64,000 nucleotides of DNA from Acidobacteriota bacterium (lineage in GTDB: Bacteria > Acidobacteriota > UBA890 > WLXD01). The first letter of the stretch is position 1. Each line of letters begins with the position of its first letter. Below the pieces are notes generated by a model that was not told the DNA's origin, made no database searches, and saw nothing but the letters and a program-made list of their open reading frames with translations. Made by a program: the position numbers and the translations under genes. Location: contig CBDFKD010000002.1 in the NCBI GenBank assembly GCA_965248695.1, positions 4,768,001 through 4,832,000 of the forward strand, written 5' to 3'. Positions 18,784-27,429 of the stretch are shown piece after piece.

Positions 18784-20122
18784 GCTTGCCGCATGGCTCG
18801 TCGGCCGCCGCGAGGCCGGACTCCCGGCATCGGTGCTCGATACCGCACGCACCTATGTCGTCGACTGGCTGGGCTCGCTGCTCGCCGGCACGAAGTCTGT
18901 TCCTGGCGGCATGCTGTTGGCTCACGCGGCCTCCAGATCCGGTGGCCCGTGCAGCGTCGCGGGGCTCGCGGTCGACTGCTCACCCGAGCTTGCGGCACTG
19001 ACGAACGGTGGCCTGTCGCACATCGTGGAGATGGACGACTTGCACCGGTTCTCGGTGGTGCATCCTGCCGCAGTCGTGATCCCGGCCAGCCTGGCTGTGG
19101 CCGAGGCTGAGGGCGCCACTGGCGATGCGTTCCTGGCCTCCGTGGTCGCTGGATACGAGGTCGCGATCCGTGTAGGCGAGGCTGTCGGCCCGACGCATTA
19201 CCGCCACTTCCACAACACCGCAACGTGCGGCGGTTTCGGCGCCGCAGCGGCCGCCGGCTGGCTGATGGGATTGGGTCGCGACGAGCTGGTGTGGGCGCTC
19301 GGCAATGCCGGCACGCAGGCATCGGGCTTCTGGGAATTCAACGCTGACGGTGCGATGAGCAAGCACCTGCACGCCGGGCGGGCGGCGTCCAACGGAGTGT
19401 TGGCGGCGGCGCTTGCGGCCCACGGCTTCACCGGCGCCCGCCGAATTCTCGAGGGCGAGCGAGGACTGTTCGCCGGCATGGCACCCGACGCCACCCCCGA
19501 GCGTGTGGTCGAGAACCTCGATTCTCCTGAGCTCAAGATCGGTGGAACGTCGCTGAAGCCGCATGCGTCGTGTCGCCATACGCATGCTCCCGTGGATGCG
19601 GCGTTGGAGCTACGTGCGCAGCTGGGAGACAACGGAGTCGAGGCCATTGAATCGGTGCAGGTCGACACCTACCAGGCGGCACTGGATCTGTGTGACCGGC
19701 CCGACCCACAAACACCGTACGAGGCCAGCTTCAGCTTGCAGTACTGCGTCGCCTCGGCGGTGCTGCGTGGGAGCGTCGGGTTGGCGGAGTTCATGCCGCC
19801 GAGTGTCGCCCAGGCCGACGTACGCCGCCTGCTGGCGGCAGTCGAGTGCCGCGTCGAGCCGCAGGTGGAAGCCGCGTATCCCGAGCAGTGGAGATCTCGC
19901 GTGCAGCTGAGGCTAGCCGGCGGCACAACGCTCGAAGCTGAAGTCCATGCGCCGCGCGGCGATCCAGAAAACCCGCTGTCGGCGGCCGAGGTCGAGGCCA
20001 AGTTCCGGCGGCTCGCAGAGCACGCCGACCGAGACGGTGAGGCCGATCAGTGGCTGGCTTGGGTGCGCAGCCTGGGCGCGGGTCCGCTGGGTACGAACCG
20101 GCTCCCCTGGGCGGCTCGTTGA
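18731..20122 (+). CDS. MmgE/PrpD family protein
   Basis: SHIVEMDDLH, HPAAVVIP, GYEV, KHLHAG, KPHASCRHTH, PRGDPENPL. Confidence 0.92.
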   Translation: MTEPSLTERMTEPSLTERLAAWLVGRREAGLPASVLDTARTYVVDWLGSLLAGTKSVPGGMLLAHAASRSGGPCSVAGLAVDCSPELAALTNGGLSHIVEMDDLHRFSVVHPAAVVIPASLAVAEAEGATGDAFLASVVAGYEVAIRVGEAVGPTHYRHFHNTATCGGFGAAAAAGWLMGLGRDELVWALGNAGTQASGFWEFNADGAMSKHLHAGRAASNGVLAAALAAHGFTGARRILEGERGLFAGMAPDATPERVVENLDSPELKIGGTSLKPHASCRHTHAPVDAALELRAQLGDNGVEAIESVQVDTYQAALDLCDRPDPQTPYEASFSLQYCVASAVLRGSVGLAEFMPPSVAQADVRRLLAAVECRVEPQVEAAYPEQWRSRVQLRLAGGTTLEAEVHAPRGDPENPLSAAEVEAKFRRLAEHADRDGEADQWLAWVRSLGAGPLGTNRLPWAAR

Positions 20123-20251
20123 CGAGAACGTAGGCGCCAGGGACAACCGCGCGTCTGTCCCGGTATGGGGTTGCGGAGACCCACCTATAATGGCGCTTCC
20201 ATTCTCTCGTCCGCGCGTCGCGGGCGATCGGTGCTCCCGTGGGAGGACAGC

Positions 20252-20680
20252 ATGATCCGCAGATACGGTCTTGTGGTGTTGGTGGTGGCGGTCGCGTTCG
20301 TTGCCGGTATGGTGGTCGATCAGGTGGCCACGGCGGAAGCGCAGCACAACAAGATCTACGAGCTGCGCACCTACACCACGGCCGAGGGGCGGCTGCCGGC
20401 GCTGCTGCAACGCTTTGGTGGTGGCGAGCTTGATCTGTTCGACAAGCAGGGCATGGCGAGTGTCGGATACTGGGTGCCAGATGACGCGCCGGAGTCGGAC
20501 AACACCATGATCTACATTCTGGCGCACGACAGCCGCGAAGCGGCGGCCGCTTCCTGGCAGGGATTCATGGACGACCCGGCGTGGAAGACGATGCGAGAGG
20601 AGTCGCTGGTTGACGGGCCAATCGTGATCAAGGTCGAGTCGACGTTCATGAACCCGACCGACTTCTCGCCCGCCAAGTAG
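20252..20680 (+). CDS. Secreted NIPSNAP family protein
   Basis: Signal peptide (AEA-Q), IYELRTY, GYWVP, FMDDPAW, PTDFSP; RBS GGGAGG. Confidence 0.85.
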   Translation: MIRRYGLVVLVVAVAFVAGMVVDQVATAEAQHNKIYELRTYTTAEGRLPALLQRFGGGELDLFDKQGMASVGYWVPDDAPESDNTMIYILAHDSREAAAASWQGFMDDPAWKTMREESLVDGPIVIKVESTFMNPTDFSPAK

Positions 20681-20715
20681 CCGTCACGTTTGTTCAGGCG
20701 ACGGTCCGCCAGCTG

Positions 20716-21663
20716 ATGGGGCGATACCGAAGGCTCGGACCCGTGCTCGTGTGCTTGACACTCGCGAGCCTTGCGGTTGGCACCGAGGCGCGCGCGCAGT
20801 CCTCGTTGATCGGCGCACGCGGTTGCATCGCGCACGCCGGTGCGAGCGCCCATGCCCCGCCGCACACGATGGCGGCCTACCGGCGCGCGTTGGAACTGGA
20901 TGCCGATTTCGTCGAGCCCGATCTGCAGCTCACGCGCGACGGTGTGCTGGTGTGCCTGCACGATCTGTCGCTCGAACGAACGACCGATGTCGAGGAAGTC
21001 TATCCCGAGCGTGCCACGGAAGTCGTGACGGCTGGGGTCACGGCGCGCACCTGGCTCGTGAACGACTTCACCCTGGAAGAGATTTGACGACTCGATGCCG
21101 GGGCCTGGTTCGATCCGGCGTTCGCCGGTGAGCGCGTACCGACGTTACAGGAGCTGATCGACCTGGCGGCCGGCAAGGCCGGCATCTACCCGGAGACCAA
21201 GGACGTCGAGTTCTATCTCGGACGCGGGATCGATGTCGATCTGAAGCTGCACCAATTGCTGGCGTCCAACGGACTGGACACGCGCGCCGGGCAGCGAGCC
21301 ACGCCGGTGCTCATCCAGTCGTTTCATGAGCGCAGCCTGCGCACGCTTAGACGGCTGGGAGGTGATCAGTACGATCTCATCCAGCTGGTCTGGATCCACC
21401 AATGGGAGCAGTTCCTCAGCGATGAAGGGCTCGACCATGTAGCGGAGTACGCTCAGGGCGTCAGCCCGTTTCTGACCTTCGTGCTCGGCGATCCGACGCT
21501 GGTGGGTCGGGCCCACGAGCGCGGCCTCGCCGTTCACGCGTGGCAGGCGTTCGAGGCCTTTCCACCGACCGAGCTCGGCGACGAGGCCGCCTATATTCGC
21601 TACCTGCTGGACGACGTGGGACTTGACGGTTTGTTCGTTCATGATCCGGGGCTCTGCCCCTGA
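20716..21663 (+). pseudogene. Glycerophosphodiester phosphodiesterase with in-frame TGA at 21085-21087
   Basis: [22 protein letters not shown]; the frame continues past the TGA as RLDAGAWF...VPTLQE...ETK...IQSF to the stop at 21663. Confidence 0.85.
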
Positions 21664-21682
21664 GACGGTCCCAGGAGGAACC

Positions 21683-22081
21683 ATGAGAACACTCGCCGTC
21701 GCGACCGCAACGACGCTGGCGCTGCTCGGCGCCGGATCAGGCCTGGCCGCGGAGGATCCCAGGGTCCCGAGCGTCGAAGACATCATGGCGTTGCGGATCG
21801 TCAGCTCGGCCGAGATCTCGCCCGACGGAGCCCATGTGGCCTTTGTCCAGCATGGCGAGAACGATCGGCGGGTAACGATCGCCAATGGCTACCAGTTCCG
21901 CCAGCTGTTGCTGGACAAGGGCATCGAGGCACGCATGATCGTCTACAACGGAATGGGCCACGGTCCCTCGACTCCGCGCATGCGGCGCGCGATCAACGAG
22001 CATGCGCTCGCCTGGTTCCAGGAACACCTGTTTGGCGGTGACGCTCCTGACTTCGTCCATCCGGTTGCGGCCGACAAGTAG
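21683..22081 (+). pseudogene. S9 (prolyl oligopeptidase-like) peptidase with large in-frame internal deletion
   Basis: RBS AGGAGG, signal peptide, ISPDGAHVAFV fused directly to QHGENDRRV...GHG...WF; propeller body and GxSxG nucleophile absent. Confidence 0.75.
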
Positions 22082-22109
22082 GCGACGAGCCGGGGATCGA
22101 AGGGCTGCG

Positions 22110-24209
22110 ATGAGCTATCGGATCGGCGTCGACATCGGGGGCACGTTTACCGATCTGGTGCTGGTGGACGACGACGGGGCCGTCTTCGAGGTCGCGAAAG
22201 TGTTGACGACCTCCGCCGATCCTGCCCAGGCCGTGGGGGAGGGGGTCGAGGCACTGTTGAAGGCGACTGGAGTGCCGGCCGGGTCGATCTCGCACGTCGT
22301 GCATGGCACGACGCTCTTCGCCAATGCGCTGATCGAGCGCAAGGGGGCGCGCACGGCGCTGATCACCACTGCCGGGTTCCGTGACGCCCTGGAGATTGCG
22401 CGCGAGCATCGCTACGACATGTACGACCTGCGGCTGGAGCGTGCCGCGCCGCTGGTACCTCGCCGCCTTCGCTACGAGGTTGACGAGCGGGTGTTGGACG
22501 ATGGCTCCGTTCACCGGCCGCTCGACCTCGACAGCGCCGTGCGAGTCATCGACGAGTTGCGCGCAGAAGCCGTCCAGGCGGTGGCCGTCTGCTTGCTCCA
22601 CAGCTATGCCAACGCGGACCACGAGCAGGCCATCGGACAGCTGCTGCGCGAGCGTGCTCCGGACCTTGCGTGCTCGCTGTCCTCGGAAGTGGCGCCTGAG
22701 ATCCGGGAGTACGAGCGGACATCGACGACGGTGGCCAACGTCTACATCCAGCGGCTGGCCGAACGGTACCTGACCCGCCTCGTCGAGCGGCTGCGAGAGT
22801 TGGGTGTTGCCGGGACGCTGTTCATCATGCAGTCCAACGGTGGTACCTGTACCGTCGAGGCGGCCTGCGAGCTGCCAATCCATATCGTCGAGTCGGGACC
22901 GGCGGCGGGCGCGCTGGCCGCAGCGCACTACGGTCGGCGAATGGGGCAGTCGGACCTACTGTCGTTCGACATGGGCGGTACGACGGCCAAGGCGGGTGTG
23001 ATCGAGGACGGCGAGCCGCTCATCGCGCGCGAGTTCGAGGTGGCGCGCGTGTACCACTTCAGGCGCGGCAGCGGGCTGCCGATCAAGGCGCCGGTGATCG
23101 AGATGATCGAGATCGGAGCGGGCGGCGGCAGCATCGCCCGCCTCAACCGCCTCGGGTTGCTGGAGGTGGGGCCCCACAGCGCTGGCTCCGATCCTGGTCC
23201 CGCCTGCTATGGGCGCGGCGGGACGGCGCCGACGGTCACCGACGCCGACCTGCTGCTCGGGCTCCTCGATCCCGACTTCTTCCTCGGCGGAACCATGACG
23301 CTGGACGGCACCGCCGCCCGCGACGCCATCGCGAAACAGGTCGCAGAGCCGTTGGATCTCGACCCGGTGCGCGCCGCCTGGGGCATTCATCAAGTGGTCA
23401 ACGAGAGCATGGCTGCGGCGGCGCGGGTGCACGCTGTTGAGCGCGGCAAGGACCTGCGCCGGTTTCCGTTGTTCGCCTTCGGCGGCGCCGGGCCGGTGCA
23501 CGCGGATCGCGTGGCGCGGATCCTCGGGTGCCCGGGTTTCGTCTGCCCACGAGGTGCCGGTGTTACCTCGGCGGTCGGATTCTTGGCCGCACCCCTGTCC
23601 ACCGAATCCGTGCGCACGCTGCCTGGCAGGCTGGCGGAGCTGGACTGGTCGGCGGTCAACGATTGCCTATCGGAGATGGAGCTCGAGGGACGCCAGGTTC
23701 TGGAGGCCACGGTTCCTCCCGAGCAGATCACGGTTCGTCGATGGGGTGATTTTCGCTACAGCCTGCAGGGGCACGAGATGCGTGTTGCGGTGCCTGGCGG
23801 CACGCTCGGCAGCGCCAGTGAACCGCAGTTACGCGCCGCCTTCGAAACGGAATACGAAGCCATCTACGGGCGGACGCCCCCCGGCCCGGAGATCGAGGCA
23901 GTGAGCTGGCGGCTGTCGTGCTCCGGTCCACTGCCGGATCTGCACCTGCCCGAGGCTTCGTCCGGCGAGGTGGGTTCGACGCCAAACGCCCTCGAGGGCG
24001 AGGGCGCGATCAAGGGGAGGCGCCCGGTGTACCTGCCGGAGGAATCGGATCTGGTGCCGGTGCCGGTTTACGACCGCTACGCGCTGGTGTCCGGCGAGCG
24101 TTTCACCGGCCCCGCGATCGTCGAGGAGCGCGAGTCGACCGTAGTTGTCGGTGCGGGAGCAGACGCTCGGATCGACGATTCACTGAACCTGGTGGTGGAC
24201 TTCGGATGA
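22110..24209 (+). CDS. Hydantoinase/oxoprolinase subunit A
   Basis: GVDIGGTFTD, HGTT, ESGPAAG, DMGGTTAK, IGAGGGSIA, PTVTDAD. Confidence 0.93.
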   Translation: MSYRIGVDIGGTFTDLVLVDDDGAVFEVAKVLTTSADPAQAVGEGVEALLKATGVPAGSISHVVHGTTLFANALIERKGARTALITTAGFRDALEIAREHRYDMYDLRLERAAPLVPRRLRYEVDERVLDDGSVHRPLDLDSAVRVIDELRAEAVQAVAVCLLHSYANADHEQAIGQLLRERAPDLACSLSSEVAPEIREYERTSTTVANVYIQRLAERYLTRLVERLRELGVAGTLFIMQSNGGTCTVEAACELPIHIVESGPAAGALAAAHYGRRMGQSDLLSFDMGGTTAKAGVIEDGEPLIAREFEVARVYHFRRGSGLPIKAPVIEMIEIGAGGGSIARLNRLGLLEVGPHSAGSDPGPACYGRGGTAPTVTDADLLLGLLDPDFFLGGTMTLDGTAARDAIAKQVAEPLDLDPVRAAWGIHQVVNESMAAAARVHAVERGKDLRRFPLFAFGGAGPVHADRVARILGCPGFVCPRGAGVTSAVGFLAAPLSTESVRTLPGRLAELDWSAVNDCLSEMELEGRQVLEATVPPEQITVRRWGDFRYSLQGHEMRVAVPGGTLGSASEPQLRAAFETEYEAIYGRTPPGPEIEAVSWRLSCSGPLPDLHLPEASSGEVGSTPNALEGEGAIKGRRPVYLPEESDLVPVPVYDRYALVSGERFTGPAIVEERESTVVVGAGADARIDDSLNLVVDFG

Positions 24210-24246
24210 TGACAACGTCGCGACAACGCGCAATGGTGCAAGCCTG

Positions 24247-25950
24247 ATGGATCCGATCCTGCTGGAGGTGCTGTGGAACCGTCTGATCGGCGTCGTCAAC
24301 GAGCAGGCCGCCGCCCTCATGCGGACCTCGTTCACCTCGGTGCTGCGGGAGGCCGGGGATCTGTCGGCAGGCATCTTCGATCGGCGCGGCCGCATGATCG
24401 CGCAAGCGGTCACCGGTACCCCGGGGCACATCAACTCGATGGCCACAAGCATGGGGCACTTCCTACGTGCCTTCCCGGTCGATTCGCTGCAGCCAGGAGA
24501 CGTGCTGGCAACCAACGATCCCTGGAAGACCGCCTCGCAGCTCAACGACATCACCGTCATCACGCCGATATTCCACCGATCCCGCCTGGTGGCGTTCTTC
24601 GGCAACACCTGTCACGCGCTCGATATCGGGGGCCGCGGTCTGTCGGCCGATTCGCGCCAGGTGTTCGAGGAGGGGCTCTTCATACCGATCATCAAGCTGC
24701 ACGATGCGGGGAGCCCGAACGAGACGCTGCTGGCGCTGCTGCGGGCCAACGTGCGGACACCCGACGAGGTGCTCGGCGACCTTCATGCCCAGGTGGTCGC
24801 CAATGAAGTGGGCGGTCACCAGCTCCTCAAGAGCCTGGCGGAGTTCGATCTGGCCGATATCGAGGATCTGTCCGACCTGATCGTCGAACGCTCGGAGGCG
24901 GCCATGCGCGAGCGGATCGCTGCGATCCCGGACGGCCAGTACGACTCCGAGGTGGTGTGCGACGGGTTCGAGGAACCGATCCGTATCCGCACGACGATCG
25001 TCGTCGACGGGGACTCGCTGCAGGTCGACTACGCGGGTACGTCGCCCGAAGTGGGGTGGGGGATCAACGTGGCGTTCAACTACAGCCACGCCTACACGAC
25101 GTACGGGGTGAAATGCGCCATCTCGCCCGATGTACCGAATAACGAAGGCAGCTTTCGGCCGGTGAGTGTGACGGCGCCGGCCGGGTGCATCCTCAACGCC
25201 CAGCCGCCAGCCGCGATCGGCGGCCGACACCTGATCGGCCACTACCTGCCCTGCGCCATCTTCGAGGCGCTCGCCGAGACGCTGCCCGACCAGGTCTCCG
25301 CTGCCGGCTTCGACAGCCTGTGGGACACCCAGGTTTACGGTCACGATACGCGCACGGATGAGCCGTTCAGCTACGTCTGGTTTTCCTCCGGTGGCACCGG
25401 TGCCATGGCGCATCGCGATGGTCTGTCCGCCACCGCGTTTCCGAGCGGCATCGCGGGCGTGCCTGTGGAGGTCATCGAAGCGGTATCCCCTGTGATGCTC
25501 GAGCGGCGCGCATTGTTGCCCGATTCGGGCGGACCAGGGCGATTCCGAGGCGGCCTCGGGCAGGTGATGAAGATCGCTGTGCGCACTGAGCGTCCCTATA
25601 TGTTCTCCGGCCTTTACGAGCGCGTCCAGTTTCCCGCACCGGGGCTTGCCGGAGGTGGAGCCGGGGCCCCGGGCGCCGTGCGTGCCAGCGGCGACACACC
25701 CGTCTACGCCAAGATCCGTGAGCAGCTGCCGGCCGGCACCGCGGTAACGATCGAGTTGCCGGGCGGCGGTGGCTACGGGCCCCCGGAGGAGCGCGATCCG
25801 GCCCTGGTGCTCGAGGACGTACTTGACGGCTACGTGTCGATCGAGCGTGCCCACGATGACTACAAGGTGGTCATCGACCAGGAGACGATGCAGCTGGACG
25901 CGACCGAGACGGCGCGGCTACGCGGGCAGGCTTCCTCTGGAGTGTCCTAA
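24247..25950 (+). CDS. Hydantoinase B/oxoprolinase family subunit
   Basis: RTSF...REAGDLS, NDPW, H.LDIGG, EEGL.IP, DSGGPGRFRGG, PGGGGYG. Confidence 0.93.
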   Translation: MDPILLEVLWNRLIGVVNEQAAALMRTSFTSVLREAGDLSAGIFDRRGRMIAQAVTGTPGHINSMATSMGHFLRAFPVDSLQPGDVLATNDPWKTASQLNDITVITPIFHRSRLVAFFGNTCHALDIGGRGLSADSRQVFEEGLFIPIIKLHDAGSPNETLLALLRANVRTPDEVLGDLHAQVVANEVGGHQLLKSLAEFDLADIEDLSDLIVERSEAAMRERIAAIPDGQYDSEVVCDGFEEPIRIRTTIVVDGDSLQVDYAGTSPEVGWGINVAFNYSHAYTTYGVKCAISPDVPNNEGSFRPVSVTAPAGCILNAQPPAAIGGRHLIGHYLPCAIFEALAETLPDQVSAAGFDSLWDTQVYGHDTRTDEPFSYVWFSSGGTGAMAHRDGLSATAFPSGIAGVPVEVIEAVSPVMLERRALLPDSGGPGRFRGGLGQVMKIAVRTERPYMFSGLYERVQFPAPGLAGGGAGAPGAVRASGDTPVYAKIREQLPAGTAVTIELPGGGGYGPPEERDPALVLEDVLDGYVSIERAHDDYKVVIDQETMQLDATETARLRGQASSGVS

Positions 25951-25971
25951 GGGGCACCGGTTCGGCGGCTC

Positions 25972-26010
25972 TTGACCTTCTATATATAGATGATCTATAT
26001 ATAGAAGGTC
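25972..26010 (+). promoter_or_regulatory. Perfect 17-bp inverted repeat (candidate PadR operator) overlapping a sigma70-like promoter
   Basis: GACCTTCTATATATAGA-TGA-TCTATATATAGAAGGTC (25974-26010), AT-rich in GC-rich DNA; TTGACC at 25972 and TATATA about 18 bp downstream; directly upstream of the PadR gene. Confidence 0.8.
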
Positions 26011-26061
26011 TATAGAAGTGATCGACACGAATTCTCGAGCGACGCAGCGAGCGAGCATCCG

Positions 26062-26412
26062 ATGCCGGCCGATCCCACCGTCGAGGTTCAGAGCCTGACG
26101 CGCACGTGTAACGAGGCGCTGATTCTCGCGGCGTTGCGCGCTAGCCCAAAACACGGCTATCAGTTGGCGCTGGAGGTGGAGGCACGCGGCGGGGGCGGCT
26201 TTCGCCTGCAGCACGGGACGCTGTATCCGATTCTGCACAGGCTGGAAAAGCGAGGCCTGATCGACGGTACATGGTCGCAGGCGGATTCGGCTCGCCGGCG
26301 AAAGCTCTACACGCTGACCGCTGAGGGGCGTCGGTACGCGGCCCGCCAACTCGAGGCTTGGCGGTGCTTCGTGGATCGTTTCGTCGCCGCAACGGAGGAT
26401 TCGGAGGCATGA
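26062..26412 (+). CDS. PadR family transcriptional regulator
   Basis: LILAAL...HGYQL, GTLYPILHRLE..GLI, RRKLYTLTAEG. Confidence 0.93.
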   Translation: MPADPTVEVQSLTRTCNEALILAALRASPKHGYQLALEVEARGGGGFRLQHGTLYPILHRLEKRGLIDGTWSQADSARRRKLYTLTAEGRRYAARQLEAWRCFVDRFVAATEDSEA

Positions 26413-26876
26413 TGAACGCCCGCGCCCGGACGGAGCCCGGCATGCCGAGCCGCTTCGCCGACATCATCAGCAAGACCGGTGACCGACTGCGGTTGCCGCT
26501 ACCAGCGCGCACGCGGATTCTGCTCGAGATCCACGCCGATCTCGAGGACCTCTACGAGTACTTCCGCACCCAGGGCATGTCCGATACTGATGCCCATGAA
26601 GAGGCGCTCCGTAGGTTCGATCTGTCCGACGCGGCTCTCATCGCCCTGCTGATCGGATCCCTCGGCTGGTGGCTGCAGGCGCTGGCGATCACGCATCGCG
26701 TGGCCGGCGCATCCGTCTCGGTATCCGACGTCGCCGCCGGGCTCGCCGCCGGGGCCGCCACCGCAGTCATCGCGATGACCGGCGCGCTGACCTGCTGCCT
26801 GATCTGGACGCTGCTCGCCCACAAAGTCGCAGCGGTGGAGCGAGCCGAGGCCGAGGTTCTGCTGGAGTCTGGATGA
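26409..26876 (+). CDS. Membrane protein downstream of PadR (helical N-terminus plus two TM segments; possibly internally shortened)
   Basis: ATGA coupling to padR; RILLEIHADLEDLYEYF...EEALRRF helical domain followed abruptly by hydrophobic helices. Confidence 0.6.
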   Translation: MMNARARTEPGMPSRFADIISKTGDRLRLPLPARTRILLEIHADLEDLYEYFRTQGMSDTDAHEEALRRFDLSDAALIALLIGSLGWWLQALAITHRVAGASVSVSDVAAGLAAGAATAVIAMTGALTCCLIWTLLAHKVAAVERAEAEVLLESG

Positions 26877-26921
26877 CCTGGCTCGAGTACGAGCTACCCC
26901 ACAACCACTGAGGAGGCACAC

Positions 26922-27299
26922 ATGCTGTCCACTTTCCAAACGATGGGGCCGTTCGCCTGGCCGCTACTCATCATCGCCGTTGCCAACCTGGCAATGATCG
27001 GCCTCCGGGCACGCGACCTCTACGGGTCCGGAGCGGCTTCGGATGCCCGGTTGGGCGCGCGCATCAACGCCGTCCTGTTCTGGGGCGTCGTGGCGCTGCT
27101 GCTCGGCTACCTCAGCCAGTACGCTGGCCTGTACTTGTCGATGACCGCCATCGCCCAGCTCGACGGAGTCAGCACCGGCCTGGTCGCAAAGGGGATCGCG
27201 GAGTCGATCATGGCGACGATCTTCGGTCTCGTCATCATGGTTCTGTCGAGCATCGCATGGTTCCTGCTGCGAGCACGCCACCGCAGTCTCGCGGCGTAG
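26922..27299 (+). CDS. Small MotA/TolQ/ExbB-like membrane protein
   Basis: RBS GAGGAGG; MGPFAWPLL, LLGYL..Y.GL...., VAKGIAESIMATIFGL pattern; three TM helices. Confidence 0.7.
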   Translation: MLSTFQTMGPFAWPLLIIAVANLAMIGLRARDLYGSGAASDARLGARINAVLFWGVVALLLGYLSQYAGLYLSMTAIAQLDGVSTGLVAKGIAESIMATIFGLVIMVLSSIAWFLLRARHRSLAA

Positions 27300-27429
27300 T
27301 CGTTTCGCCGTCACAGACGGTCGCGCCCGCCAACGGCGAGGGATTGGAATCGGCGCGAGCCACGGAATAGTGTCTGCGGACAGCCGCACCCAAGCAGAGG
27401 TGCTTGCACGCCAACCTTGGGAGAACGTC

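Noticed and set aside
21085-21087. Selenocysteine or recoded TGA in GDPD
   Set aside because: The position is normally a basic residue rather than Cys, and TGA is used as a normal stop throughout the window.
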